64,000 bases of DNA from Podarcis tiliguerta. Its lineage: Eukaryota. Where the stretch lies: the NCBI GenBank assembly GCA_965153285.1, contig OZ229129.1; one strand, written 5' to 3'. The stretch's first letter is position 1, and every line of letters begins with the position of its first letter. Positions 13,194 through 23,560 of this stretch are shown piece after piece. The translations under genes were made by a program, and so were the position numbers. The notes under the pieces are model-generated. The model had not been told where the DNA came from, ran no database searches, and saw only the letters and a list, made by a program, of their open reading frames with translations.

Positions 13194-14782
13194 TTATACC
13201 CCAGCCACACTGGGCGGCTTCCAACAAAATATTAAAAATACAATAAAACACCAAACATTAAAAACTTCCCTAAACAGGGCTGCCTTCAGATGCCTTCTAA
13301 AAGTCAGATAGTTGTTTATTTCCTTGACATCTGATAAATTTATTTAAAATAAATCCATGGAGAATGCAGGTGGGCTTGCTAATATCTAAGCAATGATGGC
13401 TAAATGGAACCTCCATGTTAAAGTGGTAGCATATCACTGGCTACCATATGCATGAGCAGAGGAATAAACAACAGAGGAGGGCTACCTCCATCTATTCTTT
13501 GCCATTAGAGAGGATTAGAGAGACCTTGGTCAGATCCACTGAGTAATCCAATTCTGTTTTTTGCCCAACAGCAGAGGAACCTGTGACCCTTCAGATTATG
13601 TTGTCCTGCTTGGAGCAGCCAGCACGGCTAATGGTCAAGGATGAAGGAGGATGAAGATGATGGGAGATGGAGTCCAACAACACCTGGAGGGGCCACCACA
13701 GGTGCCCCAGCCCTGATACTGTAGTCATGCCAATGCTTAATGACTGGGTTGACCATCCACGTGCCAATGGAGGGGGGGGGGCTTTATTATGGCTGCTCCG
13801 ACCTTAAAACTAAATTCAATGGAGAGTCTTAAAGGCAGACTGGGTTTGTGGTGGGGGAAATGCTTCCTGGGAACTCATCCTGCACACAACCCTAGTGAAA
13901 ATGAGAGTGGCTCAAAAGCACTACCACGAATGGAGCATGCTCAAGAGAACCTCCTCTCCTCTGCTGGTGTTGGAAGGCTTCAAAAATTTGTGCTGTATAC
14001 AACATTGAAGTCTCACATCAGACATAACTGATATGTAAAAAGGACTTTATGATCTGAAAATAGAGACAAGGTATGTACTTTTGTAACCCAAGAAAATCTC
14101 TAATAAAAACAAATAAATGGGGGGGAAATTAAAATTCTGCCGGCTTCCATGTCAAGGACTAAATGGGGAGTGCTTTGGTTGTGGGATCTGATGGGGCATC
14201 ACTGTATATTCCTCCTTCTGAATTGCTGTTATCCCCAAGGGGAGGGGAAACTGAATCAATCAAATGTCTATCTCTTCATTCTGTCTTGGAGTGAGCAGCT
14301 GCACTGAGAACCACACCTGGGATTTTTATTTTTTTTAAAAAAAGGTTTTCATCCTGCAAAGCTCAATCTCCCTCATCACCAGAAATTGTTTATGGGAAAT
14401 TCAGGATTCCTGAGCCAACAAACATTTGTTATTACTCATCCTTTTGTCCAGGTTCCACTGATTACCTTGAGCCCAAGTCCAACTGAGATCAGGTGAGAAT
14501 GACTGACCGGCCGGACTACAATAAGCTTCCAGTGTGACATCGTTTCAGGCCAAATATGGAAATATAAATCTGATTCTAAAAATAAGAGTGAATCCCCCAA
14601 GTGATCCCCAGCTGCACTCATTTCCTTTTAGGGATCAAGTTTCCCACAGGAAAAATCATAAATAGGCACTTGGTAAATATATATATATATATATATATTT
14701 GCTTTCGTAGATTTTCACGGGTACAGGAATGCAGGTTTTGGTGTCCTCGGGTGTCTTCCCGTGTAAAAGTTGGGGTGTCTAG

Positions 14783-14820
14783 GCGACGTTTCGACGAGGT
14801 CTCACTCGTCATCTTCAGGC
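14783..14820 (-). ncRNA. Minimal type I hammerhead ribozyme motif, minus copy 1 (sense to RABGAP1 pre-mRNA)
   Basis: Exact reverse complement of 14887-14924. Confidence 0.65.
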
Positions 14821-14886
14821 TGGTGCTTTCGGCTTCTTGTTACTGGAACAGAGGTCTGTTCCAGTAACAAGAAGCCGAAAGCACCA

Positions 14887-14924
14887 GCCTGAAGATGACG
14901 AGTGAGACCTCGTCGAAACGTCGC
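14887..14924 (+). ncRNA. Minimal type I hammerhead ribozyme motif, plus copy 1
   Basis: gc-CTGAAGA-t-GACGAG-tgagac-CTCGTC-GAAA-CG-TC-gc: CUGANGA and GAAA cores, 6-bp stem II closed by G-C, palindromic ACGT stem III, GUC site after 14922. Stem I has only 2 contiguous bp. Confidence 0.65.
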
Positions 14925-15018
14925 CTAGACACCCCAACTTTTACACGGGAAGACACCCGAGGACACCAAAACCTGCATATATATATATATATATATATAT
15001 ATAAGTTGGGGTGTCTAG

Positions 15019-15056
15019 GCGACGTTTCGACGAGGTCTCACTCGTCATCTTCAGGC
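15019..15056 (-). ncRNA. Minimal type I hammerhead ribozyme motif, minus copy 2 (sense to RABGAP1 pre-mRNA)
   Basis: Identical motif, 236 nt from minus copy 1. Confidence 0.65.
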
Positions 15057-15122
15057 TGGTGCTTTCGGCTTCTTGTTACTGGAACAGAGCTCTGTTCCAG
15101 TAACAAGAAGCCGAAAGCACCA

Positions 15123-15160
15123 GCCTGAAGATGACGAGTGAGACCTCGTCGAAACGTCGC
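15123..15160 (+). ncRNA. Minimal type I hammerhead ribozyme motif, plus copy 2
   Basis: Identical motif, 236 nt from plus copy 1. Confidence 0.65.
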
Positions 15161-15209
15161 CTAGACACCCCAACTTTTACACGGGAAGACACCCGAGGAC
15201 ACCAAAACC

Positions 15210-15251
<42 letters not shown>

Positions 15252-16520
15252 AAAAGCTGTATGCTACAATCACATGCGGATCTAGTGCAGCTTTGACAGA
15301 AATGCCCAGACACTGTTTTCGTGCCTGAGGCAAAAACGTGGCAGGCAAAAACTTTTCTCTGAACATACGAGAAAGAAAATGGGTGGGGGTGAGGGAAAAG
15401 AATGAATACACACCCACACACCCAAATAGCTTATCCCGCAATGCAAACAGGCACAAAGTCAGCACCCCACAAAAGGGGGGGGGGGGAATATGAGGGTGTG
15501 TTTATTTTAAATGAGAACCAGCATTTTCAAATCAGGGGTACGTACAGGGAAAGGGACACTCAGGAGAGTCTCTGTATGCAAAAATGAAAGCTGACACAAA
15601 AATTAATTGCAACCATTTCCTAGAACGGCATGCTTCTAGGATGAATACACTGTATGCTGAGAACCCTTTTTCCGAAGCCATCACTTGCTCAGACTCCACA
15701 AATACATCTAGCCACACTTCTTTGAAGCAGTGGTATGCCTCCAAAACAAACAATGGATCATAACAGGCTGTGCCCTGGATGTCTTGCCATTAATATGGGA
15801 ATGCTTTCAAAATGCCTTTAAAAATGCTGCATGGACAAGATGCCAAGAGGACAGGTAAACAAAATTTTGGCGAAACTGTCACTCAACTCATCAGGTGTGT
15901 GCAAATAGAAAGCCTGGGTTCAGCACAGGAGGATCAAAGCCAAGTCACCCTCGCTAAGCCTTGTCCAAGGGTGGGCAGAATGTAGGTCCGAATCTATTAG
16001 TACTGTAGATCCTGATGACTTGCAATAGATCAACAAGAATTCCTGGCTCTTGCTTGTCAAACAATAGCAGCAAAATGACTAGGCATCTGACATGAAGCCG
16101 GTCAGGACTGGGCTTTTGTGAGAAAGCACTGTGAGCTCAATTATGCTCTGATATTGAAAACAAATCCCTGGCTTGCTATTATTTGATTCCAGGTAAATGC
16201 ATTTTGCACCAGGCTCTGGTTGGTGGATTTCTTAGTAGACGCACAAGCATGATGGACATCACTGGGCTAACCCACCTCATTTGGGTGGTTGTAAAAAAGA
16301 AAAACAAGAGGCACATAAAGTGCTTTGTACAATTCAGTGCTAAACAACAGCATCATATTACCCTCTCCAGGAGGAGTCCAGCAAATATGGCTCTCACTCC
16401 ATGTGATCATATTAGGCTCACAAGAGGGCAATAGCTTTTAAGTGCTTTACAACACAGAACAGACTGTGATGAAGGTGCCATCTTCTCTCTTCCAGCACAA
16501 GATCTCATTACACTCTAGCA

Positions 16521-16713
16521 AAGGGCTTTCCAAACTGTGTGTCGCGACGTTAGTGTGTCACCTGCAGTGTGCAGGTGTGTCACGCAAACACTCCTCGGGG
16601 CTAGAAAATGAACAGGCAGCCCACAGGTTTGCTAGTAAAACTCAACTGCTGTGTCACAAAAAGATGTCTGTCTAAAAAGTGTGTCACCAACATGAAGAGT
16701 TTGGAAAACTCTG
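16521..16713. mobile_element. hAT MITE
   Basis: TIR-like agggctttccaaact / agtttggaaaactctg; 8-bp TSD ctctagca at 16513-16520 and 16714-16721. Confidence 0.75.
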
Positions 16714-16849
16714 CTCTAGCAAGACAAAAGCTACAGCAAACAACTGCATTTTTAAGAATAAACAAAAACAACTAGATGCCATCATCAGGCATGCTTCACT
16801 GTATTTTAATGTTTGAAAATGGTTCATCAAAGGGCATTTGCCCCTCCTG

Positions 16850-17265
16850 TAATAATAATAACAACAATAATAATAATAATAAATAATAATAATAAATTTT
16901 ATTTATATCCCTCCCTCCCCAGCCGAAGCCGGGCTCAGGGCAGCTAACAACAATAAAACAGTACAAAAGTACAGCACAAACAACACTCTAAAAACATTCA
17001 TTATAAAATTAATTAATTCAAGCCACTGGCAACCATTGGACCAGAGCTCCGCGAAGATTGCCGAGGGAGGGAGTCAGGCTGTGCCCTGGCCAAAGGCCTG
17101 GTGGAACAGTTCTGTCTTGCAGGCCCTGCGGAAAGATGTCAAGTCCCGCAGGGCCCTGGTCTCTTGTGACAGAGTGTTCCACCAGATTGGAGCCACGGCC
17201 GAAAAAGCCCTGGCTCTAGTTGAGGCCAGCCTAACTTCTCTGTGGCCTGGGACCTTCAAGATGTT
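16850..17265 (-). mobile_element. L2-like LINE 3' end with (TTA)n tail
   Basis: ORF 17074..17259(-) RAFSAVAPIWWNTL...FRRACKTELF, typical of an L2 ORF2 C-terminus. Confidence 0.7.
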
Positions 17266-17617
17266 TTTAACAAAGTCTAGGCATGTGCATCTGAATCAAA
17301 GAATCGGAAGAGACCCAGAGGGACCCATCTAGTCCAACCTCCTGCAATGCAGAAATCCTGCCCACAGCAGTCCCTGGGTGAGCTTGAAGCACCAGCCTCC
17401 TGGTTAACAGCCAGATCCACTGACCCACTGCACCACAGGCTCCCAGGAACGAATGAATCACATATTCTGTCTGTTCACCCCTGCCTCCCTTTCCCTTCAC
17501 TTCCTTTGATGTTTCACTTGTTATCTGCTCGTAGATTGTAAGGACGTTGGGACAAAGACCTGAAAAGCCTGTGCTTTTGTGTATATAGATGGCATAACAT
17601 ACGTGTACATGTGTTGT

Positions 17618-18094
17618 CAGGGACGTGGGTGGCGCTGTGGGTTAAACCACAGAGCCTAGGACTTGCCGATCAGAGGGTCGGCGCTTCAAACCCCGCGACG
17701 GGGTGAGCTCTCGTTGCTCAATCCCTGCTCCTGCCCACTTAACAGTTTGAAAGCACATCAAAGTGCAAGTAGATAAATAGGTACCGCTCTGGCAGGAAGG
17801 TAAATGGTGTTTCCGTGCGCTGCTCTGGTTCGCCAGAAGCGGCTTAGTCATGCTGGCCACATGACCCGGAAGCTGTACGCCGGCTCCTTTGGCCAATAAA
17901 GCGAGATGAGCGCCGCAACCCCAGAGCCGGCCACGACTGGACCTAATGGTCAGGGGTCCCTTTACCTATCTCTTTTCTCAGTGAGAAACGTGGGTGTTCT
18001 TTTATGGTTTGCATGCCTTCCTGGGTACTTGCTAAAAAGCAACTTACATAAGTGAAATATAGAAAGACCTAATGGTCAGGGGTGCCTTTACCTT
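17618..18094 (+). mobile_element. Sauria-type SINE (17620-17967) plus about 98 nt of unrelated sequence plus a second tail copy, all within one 12-bp TSD
   Basis: tRNA-like head gggacgtgggtggcgctgtgg; tail ggtcaggggtccctttacct; TSD tacatgtgttgt at 17606-17617 and 18095-18106. Confidence 0.85.
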
Positions 18095-18941
18095 TACATG
18101 TGTTGTATGCATGTGTGTACTTACAATATTAATTTGTTGCTATGGCTACATTGCCTCCATTCTGCCCTGGTCCTGTCAATATTCAAAGTCTTCATATTAC
18201 TCCTGGCTGTTTATTAATGGCTGGTCTCAAAATAGATTGTTTCAGCTACCTTTTTCAGAGGTCATCTCTACAGCAGCATCACCTCTGAGTGAGAAGCCAA
18301 GAATCCCCAGACTGTCCAAATATTTCCTATTGGGACTTGCACCCATCTGCACGCAATTTGGCTTCAAAGTTTCCCTGCTGCCAAGGCAGCTCATATACAC
18401 CCAAGTATACAGCTTTACATGGAATCACACCCTTGGTCCACTTACCTCAGTATTGGACACACTGACAGGCAGAGTTTCAAGCAGGTGACATTCCTAGCCC
18501 TACCTGGAGATGCTGTGGATTGAACCTGAGGTCTTCTGCATGCAGAGCAAGTTCTCTACCCACTGAGCGAGGGCCCTTCCCTGTCACAAATGTTTGCATT
18601 ATGTGGCCCCGAAATCTAGCTCACAAGCACTAACTTATTCCTAATTCCAAACCTGAAGCGACAGCAGCAGTTTTGCTAGAGCTGGTTATTTTCTAAATGT
18701 TAGAAATCTGTCATCTAAAATAAAGTACACCTGAATGATGCAAAAATGCATCAGCATATGTTGAGAGGCGGATTGAACAAGCATGTCACTATTAGCATAT
18801 AAAATAATTCAGCCGTTATGCAACTTGACAGCGTATACCCTCTTGAGTCACTGGAGGAAAAACATGGCTTGTTTGTGGTTAGAGAGAACACGTACAATGT
18901 TCCCGCAAAACAAGTCACTCCCACTTTGAGATGAGCAGTTG

Positions 18942-19012
18942 CCAGGGAGGTAGCCATGCTAGCCTGTTGCAGCTAAAATAAACAAGAATCTTGTGGCACC
19001 TTAAGAACCACC
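18942..19012 (-). mobile_element. Degenerate fragment of the same Penelope/Neptune-like tail
   Basis: ggtagccatgctagcctg...cttgtggcaccttaag is similar to the reverse complement of 40305-40375. Confidence 0.4.
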
Positions 19013-19023
19013 AACAGTTAGCG

Positions 19024-19345
19024 CATGGGTAGGCAAACTAAGGCCCGGGGGCCAGATCCAGCCCAATCACCTTCTAAATCCAGCCCATGGATGGTCCAGG
19101 AATCAGCGTGTTTTTATATGAGTAGAATGTGTGCTTTTATTTAAAATGCATCTCTGCGTTATTTGTGGGGCCTTCCTGGTGTTTTTACATGAGTAGAATG
19201 TGTGTTTTTATTTAAAATGCATCTCTGGGTTATTTGTGGGGCATAGGAATTCATTCATATATATTTTTCAAAATATAGTCCGGCCCCCCACAACGTCTGT
19301 GGGACAGTGGACCGGCCTCCTGCTGAAAAGGTTTGCTGACCCCTG
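19024..19345. mobile_element. Second copy of the same hAT MITE family
   Basis: High similarity to 11684-11984; TSD agttagcg/agttaagg (6 of 8 match). Confidence 0.85.
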
Positions 19346-19994
19346 AGTTAAGGCATAATCTTCTCTGGCCTACTTAGATTCAACAAACTCACTACAGTCA
19401 TACCTCGGGTTACAGACGCTTCAGGTTGCATGTTTTTGGGTTGCGCACCGTGCTGAACCAGGAAGTACTGGTACGGGTTACGTCCGGGTTTTCGCGCATG
19501 TGCAGTAACACTAAATTGCACTTTGTGCATGCGCAGAAGCACCGTATTGCAACCCGCGCGTGTGCAGACGCGGTGCTGTGGGTTGCGAACGCTGCGGGTT
19601 GCGAACGTGCCTCCCGCACGTGAGACGTGCCTTCTCCTGGTGAGAAGGAGCATGTATTCGTGGAGAGCACAGTTTTCCTTCTTGAAGCTTTTAAAAAGGG
19701 TGCAGAAGTGCCGTGCAGGCAGTTAGACACATTCATGGAGGAGGCGGCTACCAATGGCTGCTAGTCATGATGTCTGTGTTCCGCCTCTAGAGTTAGGGGC
19801 ACAGGTGCTCCTTAGTACCAGTTTCTGAAAACCACAGGAGGGGAGAATATTGCTCTTGCGCTCAGGTGGGTTTCCTAATAGTGGTTGGCCACTGTCAAAA
19901 CAGGATGTTGGATTTAGATGGGGCCCCTTTGGCCTGAAGCAGCAAGCTCTTCTTAGGTTCTTAACTGCCAATCCCACAAAGAAGCCTGCTAGAT

Positions 19995-20131
19995 CAGGCA
20001 TAGGCAACTCGGCCCTCCAGATGTTTTGGGACTACAACTCCCAACATCCCTAGCTAAAAGTACCAGTGGTCAGGGGATTGATGGGAGTTGTAGTCCCAAA
20101 ACATCTGGAGGGCTGAGTTTGCCTATGCCAA
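19995..20131. mobile_element. Palindromic hAT MITE (gactacaactccc...gggagttgtagtc family)
   Basis: Long self-complementary arms; 8-bp TSD tgctagat at 19987-19994 and 20132-20139. Confidence 0.85.
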
Positions 20132-20143
20132 TGCTAGATAGAG

Positions 20144-20504
20144 GGGATGCGGCTGGCACTGTGGGTTAAACCACAGAGCCTAGGACTTGCCTATCAGAAG
20201 GTTGGCGGTTCGAATCCCCGTGACGGGGTGAGCTCCCATTGCTCAGTCCCTGCTCCTGCCAACCTAGCAGTTCGAAAGCACATCAAAGTGCAAGTAGATA
20301 AATAGGGACCGCTCTGGTGGGAAGGTAAACAGCGTTTCCGTGTGTGCTCTGGTTCGCCAGAAGCGGCTTAGTCATGCTGGCCACATGACCCGAAAGCTGT
20401 CTGCGGACAAACGCCAGCTCCCTCAGCCTATAGAGCGAGATGAGCGCACAACCCCAGAATCGGCCACAACTGGACCTAATGGTCAGGGGTCCCTTTACCT
20501 TTAC
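20144..20504 (+). mobile_element. Full-length Sauria-type SINE
   Basis: A/B-box-like head (ggttcgaatcc), (acctttt)-like tail, 11-bp TSD gctagatagag at 20133-20143 and 20505-20515. Confidence 0.9.
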
Positions 20505-22242
20505 GCTAGATAGAGCACACAGGCCTTTTTGTAGGCAAGGTACCTGCTATTTTCCAGCCAATCAGTACAGATCCCATTGTAAAACAAGCTTCCTTGCATG
20601 TCCGATTGTTTCCTGCTCAAGACAAAAACAACAACAAAATAACAAAAATTGTTCAGAAATGTTGAAGCCCTCACCTGCTTTTTAGTAACTGGGCACCGAG
20701 GGACAGTGAAAGATCAAAGGAATACAATTATTGTCAAACACTAAAAGATTAAGCACAGAAAAACTACTGGCACTATAAATATACCAAAAGAAGTTTGTTT
20801 TTACTGCCTTAATGCTCCTGCCAACACACTAAGGCAGCTCTTCCTTTTGGAAATTTTGGCCTTCCTTAGTTCCAGGATTTATTCCGGACCTCCTGATTCT
20901 CCTCTCCACTACCCCTCCTCCGCTTTCCATTTTCCCTAAAATAAATAAGCTCATAAATGAAAATGCTGGTTTCTGTCAAGCTGTCATTACTTATGACACG
21001 TACAAAACTGAGAACAAAGAGAAATACATTATCTGCTCGCATTTGTCATTCCTTTACATGACTAAACCCTCGTTTTATTTAACTAGGCTGCAGTTCTGAT
21101 TCTCCCCCCGACGTTTTGAGGGGACTGACTCTGCTTACAGCACAAGGGATCAACATGGAGGCTCAAAGCTGAGGCGTTCAGCACTCAGATCTGCAGAATC
21201 CCCGATGTGGTCCAAGAAGAACAAAGAATCCATGCCTCTCCCAGGCTCACCTTATGGAAGAGGTCCCCTGGTATAAGGATGCTCCCTCAGAAACAACCCA
21301 CTGATCTCCAGCAGATCTCTCAAGCACCAAACCTGAGGATGCCTCCATTCCTGAGCCAACCAGTTTTGCAGCAACACAACCCCACCACTCGTTGCAGAAT
21401 CTTACAAGCCTCCACAGCTCTCCTTTACAAAGCAGCTCCCGGCCACCAAAAGTGTGATGCCTGCACATGATGCAGAGCAGGGGTGGGGAACCAGGTGTTG
21501 CTAGAATCCCACCTGCCATCGGCTGGCATGTTCAATGGGCGGAGATGGTGGGAGACTGGATCGACAGCAATTTCTGGAAGGCCACAGGTTCCAGGAAGCA
21601 GTGACACCTTAGAATGAAAGGGCAAATTGGGCATGTGGAGAACCTCTGGTGGTGGCCTTTGCAGCTTAAAAAAAATACTTCCATTGTATGTTTATCTGCT
21701 GCCAGATTAACAAAGAGATCTCTTTTTAAAAATGGATTTTAAGTTAATCTAGGTCAGGGGTTCTCATACTGCGGTTCACAACCTCCATTCAGGCAGCCCA
21801 AGGAACAGCTGCAGAAGAGTCAATAATTGATTCTGTGCCCCTGACAACACAGATGAAAACAATTTGCTAAATGGACCAAGGAGGCCCTGGTGCAAGACCT
21901 GAGATTTTAGTAATATGGCAATGGTGCTGTGTCCTATTTTTGCTCTAGGAATTGACAAGCTAAAACAACTCTTTTGTCAATGGCCTAGCCTACGGCTTGT
22001 GATTTTCCTAACATACTAAAACTGGTTTTCACAAAGGTGTTGGTACGAGGGAGGTTTGCTGAGACCCACAGTGAATTATAAGTGGTCCACAAAAAGAAAA
22101 TATGGGAACTGACCTAGATCAGAAAATCTGGAACTACTGGTTAAACTCACTGCTGCAGCCTTAACTTTTAAGCATTTGTTTTATTTGCATCACATATTTC
22201 TTTTGGAGAGCTTATGGGAGTATGCTTGTAGAGTAGCAAGAG

Positions 22243-22420
22243 AAGGGGCCGTTGTTCAGTGGCAGAGCACATGGCCTGCATGCAGAAGAGGTCCCAGGTG
22301 AAACCCCTGGCATCTTCAGATTGAGAAAAGACTCTAGTCTGAAACCCAGGAGAGGTGTAGCCAGCCAGTGAAGACAAAATGAACCAATGGCCGGATGACT
22401 CAGCATGAGGAAATTTCCTA
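22243..22420 (+). mobile_element. tRNA-derived squamate SINE (Squam3-like); other copies at about 34750-34900(+), 53850-54000(-), 18440-18580(-), 9400-9550(-)
   Basis: Head g.tcagtggcagagca...tgcatgcagaag.gtcccaggt..aa.ccctggcatc; tail gactcag.at.agg.a.ttcctat. The family name is from memory. Confidence 0.6.
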
Positions 22421-23352
22421 TAGACTCAAGTTCTTTCACTAGAGCAGGAATCTTGCCTACATATAGTGCCTCCAAAGTGCCATGAGCGCTAGTGGTGTGG
22501 TATGAACACTCCCCACCCACAGGCCATTTGACTTGGGTGGAGGGGGGGGAAGCTGCAGCTCTCCAAATGTTGCTGGAATACAACATCCATCATCCCTGAG
22601 AATGGGGCTGGATGGGGCTGATGGGAACCAGAGTCCAGCAACAGCAGAAGGTAGCAGGTTCCCCAGCCCTGGTTGGAGTCATATAGAGAGACCCAGCGTC
22701 TGCACTGAGCTCTATGGTGAAGTGGGGAATCTGAACTCACGTCCGGCTTACTCCTTCAGTGTCAGCAGACAGAATCAAAACTATTCTAGGGAGTCCTAGT
22801 TCACTGCATCTGAACCCTTCGCAGCCACTGCATGTTCCTTCACGAAGGCCTGCCAAGGAACAGTTAATAACTGGCATATTAAAAAGCCTCCCACTGCGGA
22901 ATGTGAGCCCCCAGGCTGCAGAGCAATCTGAGAACACATTTATATGTCTGCAAAAGCCACATGTCCAAAACAAAGCAATTAAATTAGATATGGCACAAAA
23001 GGCCAATGCCATATTAAGGTTGTGTCATTCACCAGACCCAGCCCTGAGGAGGCATAAGCAATCCAAGCCAGAACAGGAAGGCTCCCCTTCTCTCAAGGGG
23101 GAGTTGGCCAGATAGCCTGGGAGAGGCCCCACCCTCCGGGGCAGTAAGTACGTCTATTGGGGTCTTCCAGAGAGAGGTGGGGCCTTCCCCCCCCAAAAAA
23201 AGGTCCCCAGACCACTTCCTGCTAATTGGTCGATTCTGCAAAAACACCTCCCTCCAGGAGAGTTCAAGAGTCATGAAGGGAGGGGCAAACTGACCTCTTC
23301 CACTTAAAAAGACATAGCAAGTGAGGGCAAGTGAAGGATTTTCATTTTCCAT

Positions 23353-23560
23353 AAAGGTAAAGGTAAAGGACCCCTGGACGGTTAAGTCCAGTCAAAGGCG
23401 ACTATGGGGTTGTGCCATTCATCTCGCTTCAGGCCAAGGGAGCCGGTGTTTGTCCACAGACAACTTTCTGGGTCATGTGGCCAGCAGGACTAAACCACTT
23501 CTGGTGCAACGGAACTCCTTGATGGAAACCAGAGCGCACGGAAACGCTGTTTACCTTTTC
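23353..23560 (-). mobile_element. Sauria-type SINE, 3' part
   Basis: aaaggtaaaggtaaaggacccctggacggttaagtccag...cacggaaacgctgtttacctt. Confidence 0.8.

Larger units (their letters stand above)
14699..15214. mobile_element. Penelope-like-element terminal-repeat (pLTR-like) fragments arranged as two head-to-head palindromes in (TA)n
   Basis: Inverted arms 14729-14852/14855-14978 and 15003-15089/15090-15176; (TA)n at about 14677-14698, 14977-15003 and 15213-15248. The CTGAAGATG...CGAAACGTC motif is typical of Penelope-like repeats as I remember them. Confidence 0.7.

Noticed and set aside
14699-15214. CRISPR-like or miRNA interpretation of the repeats
   Set aside because: Vertebrate intron, no unique spacers or cas genes; arms are too long and perfect for a pre-miRNA and carry a retroelement-type motif.
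14601-15465. Repeated ORFs MTSETSSKRRLDTPTFTREDTRGHQNLH and IYIYIY runs
   Set aside because: Products of the palindromic repeat and (TA)n; no evidence of coding function.
22243-22320. tRNA gene-like sequence (also near 34750 and at SINE heads)
   Set aside because: Degenerate cloverleaf that continues into SINE body sequence, so a SINE head and not a tRNA gene.
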